Positions 13,877-25,654 of a stretch of 64,000 bases of DNA are shown piece after piece; position 1 is the stretch's first letter; each line of letters begins with the position of its first letter. Made by a program: the position numbers and the translations under genes. Origin of the DNA: Squalus acanthias (taxonomy: Eukaryota); contig CM059425.1 of assembly GCA_030390025.1 (NCBI GenBank), forward strand, positions 172,238,001 through 172,302,000. The letters run 5' to 3'. The notes beneath the pieces are model-generated. The model was not told the origin of the DNA. It searched no databases and saw only the letters and a program-made list of their open reading frames with translations.

Positions 13877-14229
13877 ATCTGCACCCATCCAGGCAAGTGA
13901 TGAGTGTTCTTTCACATTCCTGACTTGCACCTTTTTAGATGGTGGAAAGACTTTGAGGGGTCAGGAGGCGAGCCATTCATCACAGAGGACCAGACTCTGC
14001 CCTACTCTTGTAGCCACAATACGGACATGGCTGGTCCAGTTCAGCTTCTGGTCAATGATGATCGCCCTCCCCCTCACCACCACCCCCCTTACCTCCCCCC
14101 CCCCAAGTTGTTGTTGATGGGGGGACTTAGAGATAGTGATACCATTGAAAACGAAATAGCTGGGCTTTCTCTTGTTTTAGATGGTCATTACTTGGCACTT
14201 GTGTGCTGCCACTTATCAGCCCAAGCCTA
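13877..14229 (-). mobile_element. Old fragment of a CR1/L2-group LINE (same family as 14242-15149)
   Basis: Degenerate reverse complement of ~14337-14670 (e.g. tggctggtccagttcagcttctggtcaatg). Confidence 0.75.
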
Positions 14230-14241
14230 GATCAGCCCAAG

Positions 14242-15149
14242 TGTTCGCTGGTGACTGCACAATGTTCAGTGCCATTCACAACTCCTCAGATAATGAAGCA
14301 GTCCATGCCCGCTTGCAACAAGACCTGGACGACGTTCAGGCTTGGGCTGATAAGGGGCAGGTAACATTCACGCCACAGAAGTGCCAGGCAATGACTGTCT
14401 CCAACAAGCGAGAGTATAACCACTGCACCTTGACATTCAACGGCATTACCATCGCCAAATCCCCTACCATCAACATCCTGGGGGTCACCATTGACCAGAA
14501 ACTTAACTGGACCAGCCACATAAATACTGTGGCAACAAGAGCAGGTCAGAGGCTAGGTATTCTGCAGCGAGTGTCTCACCTCCTGACTCCCCAAAGCCTT
14601 CCTACCATCTACAAGGCACAAGTAAGGAATGTGATGGAATACTCTCCACTTGCCTGGATGAGTACAGCTCCAACAACATTCAAGAAGCTCGACACCATCC
14701 AGGACAAAGCAGCCCGCTTGATTGGCACCCCATCTACCACCTTAAACATTCACTCCCTCCACCATCGGCGTACCGTGGCTGCAGTGTGTACCATCTGCAA
14801 GATGCACTGCAGCAATTCGCCAAGGCTTCTTCGGTAGCACTTCCCAAACCCGCGACCTCTTCCACCTAGAAGGACAAGGGCAGCAGGCGCATGGGAAAAC
14901 CACCACCTCCAAGTTCCCCTCCAAGTCACACACCATCCTGACTTAGAAGTATATCGCCGATCCTTTATCGTCGCTGGGTCAAAATCCTGGAACTCCCTCC
15001 CTAACAGCACTGTGGGAGTACCTTCACCACATGGACTGCAGAGGTTCAAGAAGGCGGCTCAGCACCATCTTCTCAAGGGCAATTGGGGATAGGCAATAAA
15101 TGCTGGCCTTGCCAGCGACGCCCACATCCCATAAACAAATAAAAAAAAA
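14242..15149 (+). mobile_element. CR1/L2-group LINE, 5'-truncated (RT C-terminus and 3' UTR with A-tail)
   Basis: FAGDCT (FADD motif), LQQDLDDVQAWADK, LGVTIDQKLNWTSHI, IYKAQVRNVMEYS; 3' end gggcaattgggg...aataaatgctggcc...aaaaaaaaa. Confidence 0.9.
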
Positions 15150-15261
15150 TGGAAGTAGCTGTTACTGTAGACTGTTCGATTGTATATTGCACCATTTGGT
15201 CTGCTAAATATTTTCTGAAGTTGGTCAGTACTTTTATGTATATTTTCAATGTTTTACACAG

Positions 15262-15384
15262 AATCAGTATCGATTTGAAGGAACTGGATTTCCCACAATC
15301 CCTCAGCTTATAGAACATCATTACACTTCAAAGCAAGTGATTACAAAAAAATCAGGAGTGGTCCTATTGAATCCAGTTGTTAAG
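15262..15384 (+). CDS. FER: FER internal coding exon (C-terminal part of SH2 domain and linker), 123 nt, phase 0-0
   Basis: Acceptor gttttacacag ends at 15261 and donor gtaggc starts at 15385. Translation [41 protein letters not shown] continues the previous exon in frame. Not listed in the ORF track. Confidence 0.96.
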
Positions 15385-15861
15385 GTAGGCACATTCAGAT
15401 GACTGGATTTTAATACTTTACTCTTATCACTGGTATCTGCATGAAATTAGTTGACTCACTTCAGGCAACATTCAAAAGTGTGCAACATTTACAGATCTAT
15501 CAATGGTTTGTTGTTTTAAATGCCAAATATTCTAATCCCACCTGGTGTCTACTGTTAAAACAATTTCCTTTTTCTTTGTTTAAACAATTTGGTCCTGTGC
15601 TGTACAGCTACTCGGAGTATACAGTAAAACCAGAGTATCTGCACTCAATCCATACACATAGATTTGAAATATCAAACCTAGATTATGCCATAGCATCTCA
15701 CTATGACCTTAATAGTTTGAACTTTTTATATGCTGGTGAATAGAATACTAGGCTATCAGATAACACAGAATTCCTGTATGCATTGGATAATCCAGTTTGA
15801 AAATTAATGTGCCAGAGTCATTCCTATCCACCCTGTTCCAAATTTCGACTCTGGTTCAGTA

Positions 15862-17247
15862 GTGCTGGTAGTGGGGAAAATGCTAGAGTCCATTATAAAA
15901 GATGTAATAGCAGAGCACTTGGAAAACAGTGACAGGATCGGACAAAGTCAACATGGAGTTACAAAAGGTAAATCATGCTTGACTAATCTACTGGAATTTT
16001 TTGAGGATGTAACTGGTAGAATAGATAAGGGAGAACCAGTGGATGTGGTGTATTTGGACTTTCAGAAGGCTTTCGATAAGGTCCCGCATAAGAGATTAGT
16101 GTGCAAAGTTAAAGCACACGGGATTGGGGGTAAGGTATTGTCTTGGATAGAGAACTGGTTGGCAGACAGGAAGCAAAGAGTTGGAATAAACGGGTCTTTT
16201 TCCGAGTGGCAGGCAGTGACTAGTGGGGTACCGCAGGGATCGGTGCTAGGACCCCAGCTAGTCACAATATATATAAATTATCTAGACGAGGGAACTAGAT
16301 GTAATATCTCCAAGTTTGCAGACGACACAAAGCTGGGTGGGCATGTGTGCTGTGAGGAGGATGCAGAGAAACTCCAGTATGATTTGGACAGGTTGGGTGA
16401 TTGGGCAGATGCATGGCAGATGCAGTATAATGTGGATAAATGCGAGGTTATCCACTTTGGTGGCAAAAACAAGGAGACAGATTATTATATAAACGGCAAT
16501 AGATTGGGAAAAGGGGAAGTGCAACGAGACCTGGGTGTCCTTGTGCACCAGTCGCTGAAGATAAGCATGCAGGTGCAGCAGGCGGTTCAGAAGGCAAATG
16601 GTATGTTGGCCTTCATAGCGAGAGGATTCGAGTACAGGAGCAAGGATGTCTTGCTGCAGTTGTACAGGGCCTTGGTGAGACCACACCTTGAGTATTGTGT
16701 GCAGTTTTGGTCACCTTATCTGAGGAAGGATGTTCTTGCCATGGAGGGAGTGCAGCGAAGATTCACCAGACTGATACCTGGGATGGCAGGAATGACGTAT
16801 GAAGAGAGATTGGGTCGATTAGGCTTATATTCGTTAGAGTTTAGAAGAATGAGAGGGGATCTCATTGAAACTTATAAAATTCTAACAGGACTAGACAGAC
16901 TAGATGCAGGAAGGATGTTCCCGATGGCGGGGGAGTCCAGAACCAGGGGTCACAGTCTAAGGATAAGGGGTAAGCCATTTCAGACTGAGATGAGGAGGAA
17001 TTTCTTCACCCAGAGAGTGGTGAACCTGTGGAATTCTCTGCCACAGAAGGCAGTTGAGGCCAATTCATTAAATATATTCAAGAAGGAGTTGGATATATTT
17101 CTTAAGGCTAAAGGGATCAAGGGATATGGGGAGAAAGCAGGGACAGGGTACTGAATTTGGATGATCAGGCATGATCTCATTAAATGGCGGAACAGGCTCG
17201 AGGGGCCGAATGGCCCACTCCTGCTCCTATCTTCTATGTCTCTATGT
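15862..17247 (+). mobile_element. CR1 LINE, 5'-truncated, uninterrupted RT ORF 15862-17154
   Basis: QHGVTKGKSCLTNL, YLDFQKAFDKVPH, GVPQGSVLGP, KFADDTK and RPHLEYCVQFWSP; CR1 3' UTR hairpin and tandem ctatgt tail. Confidence 0.96.
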
Positions 17248-17460
17248 TATTCCTGTAAATAGGCCCCACATCCTAGCATGCCTCCCACCCCCTGCTTTTG
17301 AAATTAGCTTTCGGGTAAACCTCAACAGCGTTCCAATTCGCTAGGGGTACGTATGTTTGCTGGTGGCATCTGCGACAAGATAATGACTCCCCAATTGTCT
17401 TGGACCATCACGGCTAACAGTTTCACGAGTTACTCATTGACTTTGGGGTGAGCTCATAAG

Positions 17461-18230
17461 TGTAAGAAATCGTGGATTGAAAGAAATAATAGTCTGTTAT
17501 GGGTTCCCTAGATCAGTAGTTTGCCTAAGTTGATGACACAGAAAGATTCCAGTCATGTCAGAAAAATAGCTGTACAGAGAGTTGAATTACGAGGTTAGAA
17601 CACAAAAACAGGCCTTCAAGTGGGCATAACTAGACCTGATACGGGATGCAGCAAGGAGCTGTAGGATAAACAAGCTGTCTATAAGAGGGCAACAAGACCT
17701 TTAGAACAGAGATAAGGAGGAAAATGACCTCGTGAGGCTGGGACGGGGGCTGTCATAGGTAGCCTCTCCCTTGTAATTGGACAATAGGATGGGGAACAAA
17801 TGATTGACACCAGGTAATCACCAGCCCACCAAAATAACTATAAATATAGATGACCGAGAGAGGAAATCAGGCAGTTAGGGGCGAAGGCTTCCCCGAGGTG
17901 GCTACAGCCTAACGCCTTGGTCAAGTTTAGCCTCTGAGGTGGCTGACGGCCTAACACCTCCGACAGCTCGAGGGATGACCCAACGGAAGTGACCGCTGCA
18001 GCAGACTGCAGAATCCACCCAATCTGAGACCATCATACTGCCTCACCATCCGTCCGGTTGTTTCGTTCCGTTCCAGGGCCGTAGATCGCCCTCATCTGTC
18101 ACGGGTTGTATGTCCACTGTATCTATTTCAATCGCATATGTGCTTTCAACTATAGCTCTTTAATAAAAAGCCTTACAACTCCTAAGACCCTTTGGGTAAT
18201 CTGTGTGTGACCTGTGATCCAAATCTTACA
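17461..18230 (+). mobile_element. Solo LTR (ERV- or Gypsy-type), 770 bp
   Basis: Termini TGTAAGA...TCTTACA are a perfect 7-bp inverted repeat. 4-bp TSD TAAG at 17457-17460 and 18231-18234. TATAAATA at 17839 and AATAAA at 18162. Confidence 0.85.
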
Positions 18231-19391
18231 TAAGCATACCAATTCCTTTTTTGTCCCAGTGGCTCCAGCATGTGGCTGTAAGGTGACGTTTAAACTTTAA
18301 TAAGTTTGTTTTAATTTAAAAGCAACACAGATATCATATCCAAATGCTTTCCATGGAAAAAATGGTCAAAAATCTCAAAAGGTGACATGCCTACTCTGGC
18401 AACTTCACTTTTCATTCATTGGGTGCCAGTACTTGGAGTCACAAACAATGGGCCACCAGAGTGAGTCTAATTTATTGTAGAAATTAACTGAATGATAGCG
18501 GGCAATAAAACAGCATTTCTTACTTAGCAAGTTAACACAATTACAGTATTGTCCTACGTTTTTTAGGTTCTGTTTAGTTTTTGACAGTACATAGGAATAT
18601 GTACTGTGTACCTGTGAAAATTCTGGTAAAAGATCAGTCAAGAGTCAGGACCCTGCTCTTCAAAGGAAATTCCCTCTTTCTCCACTTGGAGTATAACGAG
18701 AGACTAGAAATTGCTGTTGGTGATATTAATCGTTGAATGCTTAGCACATTTGTGAGGCATTCCTTTGTTTGGAATTTTAACACAGACTTTCACCTAGTTA
18801 TTTGAAGTTAGTTAAACCTTTCCTAACATAGATAGAAGTTTAACTAACTAATGTGTTCAATGTTTATTCACTGATATCAACTATAATTTCTTGCTAATGT
18901 GCATCAGTTGTTAGAATTTTAAATGTAATAATTTAATTGGAATTTAAATGTATTGGTATCTAAATATATTTATCATTGTCTTTGAAAAGCAATCATTAAT
19001 GAGATGTTTTTCACAGATGGGCTTTAAAAGGAATCTGTCCTAATGATTTTGTGGTTGCAGTACATCACTGATTTAATTTATTTGATTTAATTATCAGACT
19101 TATAGGCCGGAATTTTCTTTACCAGGGCGGGACGAGAGCGGGCGGTCGCCGTGGCGGGTTGCGACCCCATTGTTGCTTTCATCCCACTCCAGAAATCGAC
19201 TTAATGGGACCTATTAAGCCCGCCCTGCGCATTACCTGGCCCTATTAAATGGTGTGGGTCTGATGACGTCATCTATGACGTGTTTTCAGCCGAGATATTT
19301 AAAGGAGCCATGGTCACATTGCACTTGAAGGTTCATCTAGGAGTGTACAGGCAGCACACTGGACAAATCGACTGCTGCAAATATTTCCACA

Positions 19392-21133
19392 GAGGGCTGC
19401 ACCCAGGTTCTCCGATGACTCCCTCCATATGCTTGTGGAGGAAGTCAGAGCAAGCAGGGAGGCCCTCTTTCCTTTGAATGAGCAGAAGAGATCTCCCCAG
19501 GAAACAAAAAGAGCCTGGCTCCAAATTGCAGAGGAGGTTAACAGCAGGGATGTGGTCAGGAGGACCTGGGTGCAGTGCTGGAAACATTTCAATGATCTCA
19601 TTAGATCAGGAAAGGTGAGTACAAAGCTACACTCAACTTCATCCTGCTGTGCCTCTCATCACATCCCCCTCACTCTGCCTTCCCAACCTTACTCCTGCAC
19701 ATCCTTACTCACACCAACATACCTTGCATGTCCACCCATCCCTCTCTCTACATTATTACATCCCCATCTGACTAGCTACCCCTCACACTCGCCCTCATCC
19801 TCATGCAATCATACCAACTAACGACACACAAGGAGGCCACATGGCATTGCCACCCCAATACATCATAATCTCCCTCTAAAGATGTAACCAATCCGTTGCT
19901 TACACGCATTCCATTACTCTCACTCCACCTTTGCTTTTTTCCCTCCTTGCAGGAAAAGAGAGCCCACAATAAGAGGGAGAGAACCAGAGGTGGCCCTCCA
20001 TCATTTGCCACCCTTACAACAGCAGAGAAGGCAGCCTGAGAAGTATCTGGAGCTGCCGAGCAGCTGGAGGTGGGAGACGGAGAGAGGGTGACAGAATTAC
20101 ATATCGTACAGCTACATGGCATACAGCAGTCACTCATATGAGGACTGATGTCAGCAGCCATTGAATGGTCAACATGGCATAATGGTATCTGTACCCATTC
20201 TTCATGTGACATATCTAACTCATCTCATTACTTTCCCACAGGTCCATCAAGAGCCCCCCCGTAGACTGTCCAGGAGGAAGAGAAAGACGACTCCTCAGAG
20301 GAGCCTCCATCACCAGATATGAGCGCACCCAGCACCAGCACAGATACGCACACCTCGGTTGGGGTACCACGTGAGATAGAGTATTGTTGTCACCTGGTGT
20401 CTCACAACTCACAAGTGAGCAAGAGCAAATGGTGGAGATGGACAGCAGTGGAGACTCGTCACCGGAGGGCACAGGATGCCCCCAGCTCTGCTCAACTGCA
20501 TGCAGACGCTGAGCCTTGAGGGGCCATCCAGAAAGAGGGTGATCCCGGAGGTGCAGGAGGCTTTGACAGGTTTTGCGAGTGCGATGTCTGCAAATGTGCA
20601 GAGAATGGAGGAGTCCATCTCCAACATGAGCACCACCATGTCACAGGCGATGGTAACCGTAGGCTCTTCTGTGGATAGGATGGCCGCCTAAATGGAGCAG
20701 CTAATGCGCCACTCACAGGAGCACATGGTATCTATGGAGAACAGATGGCAAAGGCTCATAGACCACCTCTCTAGGAGGGATGTCAGCGTAGACGTGGGTT
20801 CTCATGGCCCCACTTACGTGCAACAAGGTGCTCTCCAGCTCCTTGCTAGCAGGGAAGTGTGGGTGGCCCATGAGAGGGATGATGGTGAGAGGGGACATGG
20901 AAGTGGGGCTCCTCTCAAAGCGCTCACACTTCTCGCCGGTTGCCAACCACTCGGTAGAGACCCAGATGCCTCCTCAGACAGCGAGGAGCAGACTTTGGCG
21001 GGGCCATCAGAGGCTCCAAAATCCAGAGGACGTCTGCCAAGAGTGTTTAAGCAGTTGCAGCAGGGAAGTGAGCAGACTGGCAGGGGTGGCACCTCATAGA
21101 AGCACGCGTAAGAGAAAGCTGACACACAAGTAG
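19392..21133 (+). pseudogene. Harbinger Myb/SANT-like DNA-binding protein, spliced, decayed
   Basis: RAAPRFSDDSLHMLVEEV...AWLQIAEEVNS...RTWVQCWKHFNDL is a MSANTD/NAIF1-like trihelix pattern. Donor gtgagt at 19615, acceptors ending at 19952 and 20241. Exon 2 reads EKRAHNKRERTRGGPP and then hits a stop. Confidence 0.85.
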
Positions 21134-21374
21134 ATTCACAACGGTAGCCACTTGGGTGTTTTATTCAACATTTATGTAAAGTTTCCGGTCTTGGACAAAT
21201 GCGTGTGCACCTTTGGAAGTGGCTTAGTCAATTGCAGTGAATGGTGAGACATAACGGTACCTCCAGCAATGGTGCAGTGTGAAAGGAATGGCTTGGTCAT
21301 TGTTTATGGTGTTGCTGTGGGTTGGTGGCAACCTGGCGCAGCATGTGGCAGCCATATGGGTGTACTGCCTAAAG

Positions 21375-21896
21375 TTAAGTAAATCTGGCCATGATGAGGC
21401 CAACCCTGACCTCCCAGGCAGCAATGTGCTCGGGTGCTGGTGGGATCTGGCCTGCTGGTTCCTCCAGCTCCTCCTCGTCTTCCAGCTGATGCTCCTCCTC
21501 CTGCTCGCCTCCTCCTGCTCCTTCTCCTCTGAAGAGGCTGTGCGCTCAGTGCCTTGCTAATCCTCGCAGCATGAATCCTCACTGCTGCGCTATGTTGTGC
21601 AGGGCGCAGCAGACCACGATGATTCTGAAGACCCTGGCTGGTGCATACTGAAGGGCTCCTTCAGATCTGTCAAGGCATCTGAAGCGCATTTTGAGCATGC
21701 CTCCTGTCTACTCTATGACACATCTGGTGGAATTGTGGCTTTCATTATATCTCTGCTCGGCCTCAGTACTTGGCCTCTTCAAGGGTGTCATGAGCCATGT
21801 CTTCGGTGGGTAGCCCTCGTCTTCAAGCAGCCAGCCGGAAAGTCTGTTTGGAGGAGCGAAGAGCTGAGGGAGGGTGGACTGGTGAAGGACGAAAGA
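21375..21896 (-). pseudogene. Harbinger (HARBI1-like, DDE_Tnp_4) transposase C-terminal half with stops
   Basis: Manual translation: SFVLHQS...[82 protein letters not shown]. Confidence 0.92.
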
Positions 21897-22753
21897 GTCA
21901 TAGTCATAACGGCACAGAAGGAGGCCATTCAGCCCATCGAGTCCGTGCCGGCTCTCTGCCGAGCAATCCAGTCAGTCCCATTCCCCCGCTCTATCCCCGT
22001 AGCCCTGAAAGTTTATTTCCCCCAAGTGCCTATCCAGTCTCCCCTTGAAAACATTGAGTGTCTCCGCTTCCACCACTTCCATCGGCAGCGAGTTCCAGGT
22101 CCTCACCACTCGCTGCGTAAAAAAGTTTTTCCTCACGTTCCCCTGTATCTCTTGCCCAAAACCTTAAATCTGTGTCCCCTAGTCCTTGTACCATCAACTA
22201 GTGGGAACAGCCTTTCCCCATCTAGCCTATCCAAACCGGTCATAATCTTGTACACCTGTATCAAATCACCCTGCAACCTCCTTTGCTCTAATGAAAACAA
22301 ATCCAGCTTCTCCAACCTGTCCTTGAAGCTAAGATCCTCCATCCCTGGAACCATTCTGGTAAATCTCCTCTGCACCCTCTCAAGTGCCTTCACATCCTTC
22401 CTAAAGTGTGGTGACCAGAACTGGACGCAATACTCCAGTTGTGGCCTAACCAGCACTTTATAAAGGTTCAACATAACTTCTCTACTTTTGTACTTAATAC
22501 CTCTATTTATGAAGCCCAAGATCCCATATGCTTTGTTAACCACTCTCTCAATATGTCCTGCCACCTTCAGGGACCTATGCACATTAACTCCCAGGTCCCT
22601 CTGTCCCTGCACACTCTTTAAAACTGTGCCATTAAGTGTATATTGCATCTATCTGTTCCTTCTGCCAAAATGCATCACCTCACACTTCTCTGTATTAAAT
22701 TCCATCTGTCACTTGTCTGCCCATTCTACTAGCCTTTCTGTGTCCTGTTGCAG
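21897..22753 (-). mobile_element. CR1 LINE 3' part
   Basis: RLQQDTERLVEWADK, QRDLGV, RPQLEYCVQFWSP; (tatgactc) tail at the left boundary; same subfamily as 30760-33560. Confidence 0.95.
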
Positions 22754-23439
22754 CCTTCTGAAATGCCTCGCAAGTTCTGGGTTTCCGTATGCACAAAAAC
22801 CCGGAACATGCGATCTGTCAAATTTTTGCATTGACAGATCGTTCGCATCAGCTGCAAAAACACTTTCGCTGGCACAGAGTTGGGCTATTTGCCCAGCGAA
22901 TGTCCATGAAACCCTTGCGCTTGGTAAAAGCCGCCTTTTACCAGCATAAGGGTTGAAATAAATATTTAAATAAAATTTAAAAATGATTAAAACATAAACA
23001 TACATTTAAAATTAGTTTAGGTAAATTTTGGCCAGTTTTAAAATGTTTAAATTTATTTTTCAAAAATAATTTTTTATTTTAAATGCTTAATTAAAGGGTC
23101 CTTAATTAATTTTGAACATGGAACCATTTTTTTTTAAGTGGTGTGATTCCTTATTTATTTGGTGATTTCTAATAGGCTTATGGGGATTCCGTACGTAAAT
23201 GGAATCCTCATAAGCATCATAGGAATCCCCCTTTTTGATTGGTTGACTGGGCCCATGTGATCCCAATGACGCTTGTGAACTGCCTGCGTCCCTGGGATCT
23301 GTGGGCCTTTTCGCAGGCAACGCCTGCAGGCCCAAGAAGGGAGCACTCCGTAGCTGTGGAGCCAGGAGCTAAGTATGGAAGTATTTTGCGGGTTGGAGGT
23401 GTACTCCGGAGGTACTCCTCCGACTGCAAATTCAGGGAC
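22754..23439. mobile_element. Harbinger-type MITE, left end truncated (family of 33664, 41899, 52313)
   Basis: Shares the GATCTGTCAA...TTGACAGATC palindrome, the AT-rich core and the ATTGG-N11-CATGTG motif with the other copies. Confidence 0.7.
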
Positions 23440-24209
23440 ACACAATATTATAACATTTATTTCGAAAATTACCTCACAAAAAAACTTGTTAGTGCAGGAT
23501 ATACTGCTCCACTTTTGTTGATGCGTTTTTGTTTTAATCTTCAGGTTGATAAACTTCTAATATAATAACAACTTGGGTCAGATTTTTGGGATTCTGCGAA
23601 TGTAATTGTATACTTGTGACAAAGTTGATTTTTGCTCAAAAAAGATTCAAGTTAACCAGAAATTTTAATCAAGCAGCTTAACTATAAAGAGCACAGGAGG
23701 TGGATTTGCACAATTTCAAATCAAATTAACCAAGTTTGAATTAAACGGAGTGGAATGCATTTTGCACCAGCATGTGGAAGTTAATAGCCCCAAATTCCCC
23801 AAAGAAACTCTCACAGGAATTACTCCGAAATTTACACTGATTTCTACGCCGATCTTGCAGACAGGAACTTGCGCCCTAATTTCCCGCGAAGATCATTTGC
23901 CTACACCAGAATGTAAAAACCAGCGTAAAACAAGCATAAATGCAACACCACTGATGTGGGCTGCTGTCTTCTGCCAGGGCACCTCACTCTCAGACTCGCT
24001 TGCCTTAGCTGCTGCTCTTCTTGTTCCATTGTGAAGGCGATTCCAGCTACTTAGTCCTTCTGAAGACGTGGCAGGGGAAGCAGAGTCTGATCATTTTTTT
24101 GCGCACTGACTGGCAGCACTTTGGTTAAGTATAGTGCAGGTCTCATTGAGAAAAATTCAAAAAAAGCAAGAAGAAAATCGCTATCAAACTCCAGAAACCT
24201 CAATTAAGC

Positions 24210-24338
24210 CTTGAGGGAAATAAACTTGCAGGGCTACGGGGATAGAGCGGGGGAATGGGACTGACTGGATTGCTCAACAGAGAGCCGGCATGGACTCGGT
24301 GGGCTGAATGGCCTCCTTCTGTGCCATTATGACTCTAT
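24210..24338 (+). mobile_element. CR1 3' terminal fragment (tail resumes at 25205-25213)
   Basis: Near-identical to 33430-33550; tatgactc tail split by a MITE. Confidence 0.85.
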
Positions 24339-25204
24339 GGGGGAGAAATTCGGTATTGCCCCATTTGGGGTGCAATTATCGGCCGGGCACAAAGTTTAGC
24401 GCCTGGCGCTAATTATCGCCTCCGACTGCAAACTTGGCTTCTATCGCCCCGGAGGTGATTGGAGCGCTAAATCAGGCGCTACACACCTCTCTTAAGGCGC
24501 TAATGCCAAGGAGCGAGGCGCTAACTCAGAGCGCTGGCGAAGCTCATGTGATGTCAGTCAGCAATGGAACACAGACACACTGGCGCCGGCCAGTTCTTAA
24601 AGGGGAGGGTCGATCTTGCTCTCCATCCACATCCTGCTCATTGCAGCCTTGAATCTCGGCCTGGAGAGACCTGTACATCAAATCTGCTGGCAAGAACAAT
24701 GGAGAGGCCCAGGGAAAGAGTTGAGTGCAGCCCCCATAGTTTCTTCTAAATCGATGCAAGGATGGTCAAATCAAAATGAACCTGCAAAGTGCTGCTCAGT
24801 ACCCAAAACTCCTTCACACAGTGTTGAATCTCTCCAGAAGTGTGTGTCTCTCTCTCTCTCTCAGAATGCGTGGTGCAAAAATGTCGCCGACAAGAAAAGG
24901 CAGGAAGCGCTCCCCCGTCCCTTCCCGACTGCAAAACGTTCCCCTCAACCTGTCGTTGCTAGCGGCAGGCGGAAAGGCAGGGGGCGCCACTCAATATCCG
25001 GTCCAGGGCATTGCACGCTCAACTGATTTCACGATCTGTGGGCGCAGGAGATCGTGGCGGTAGTGTTTAGCGCCGCCGCAAAATGTCTGGTCAATTTCGC
25101 GAGCGGCGCAAACATCGCCGCGCCCAGGTGCTAGTTGCTTTGCACCCCATTAGCGCCCTCTTAGGGCGCTAACGGGATGCGCAAAGCAACCGAATTTTTC
25201 CCCC
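24339..25204. mobile_element. GC-rich MITE with 16-bp TIRs
   Basis: GGGGGAGAAATTCGGT ... ACCGAATTTTTCCCCC, with AT on both flanks and many agcgcc/ggcgct subterminal motifs; related to 56396-57052. Confidence 0.85.
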
Positions 25205-25491
25205 ATGACTCTAAGCCAATATCAGGTAACTGGACTGTGCTGCACCTTAATTTGTGGGTGCAAATCTAAACCAGCACATTATCTGCATGAATCCAAGAAA
25301 CTCACTGAGCAGGTCTTTTGCATGATGGCGGAGCTTTGTAAATGAGCGGCAGAAGGTTTCGGTAGATGTATCTCACAAGCGGCGCAAATGATTGAGGAAA
25401 TTCATACCTTCCAATGTTTCAGCGTAAATCTGGGGCAGGTTCTGGCCGTGATTCAGATTTTTAACACTTTAACACGTAAATCAGTTACGTG

Positions 25492-25654
25492 CAATGTTCC
25501 CTTTAAGCTGCGCAGCCGTGCACCACTCTGCAGCTCCCGTGCAGCTGACTTCCCAGCTTTTAAATAGGAAAACCACACAAGCGCGGTATTTTGAATGAGC
25601 CGCACAACCCCTTAAGGGGTCCGCACACCCAAAAAAAATTAAAAGGGAACATTG
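25492..25654. mobile_element. hAT-superfamily MITE, 163 bp
   Basis: TIR CAATGTTCCCTTT...AAAGGGAACATTG; 8-bp TSD GTTACGTG / GTTACATG. Confidence 0.88.

Larger units (their letters stand above)
19104..21896. mobile_element. PIF/Harbinger DNA transposon, decayed, right part deleted; convergent Myb/SANT and transposase genes
   Basis: Left terminus AGGCCGGAATTTT, Myb-like gene on +, DDE transposase C-terminus on -. Confidence 0.9.

Noticed and set aside
15622..15776. Possible old Tigger-like MITE (TA|CAG...CTG|TA)
   Set aside because: TIR match too degenerate to call with confidence.
17254..17460. Alternative LTR start at TGTAA 17254
   Set aside because: No TSD there; the 17461 start gives a 7-bp inverted end and a TAAG duplication.
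19392..21896. Nested host genes NAIF1/MSANTD or HARBI1
   Set aside because: Internal stops, convergent layout and a TIR-like end indicate a decayed transposon, not domesticated genes.
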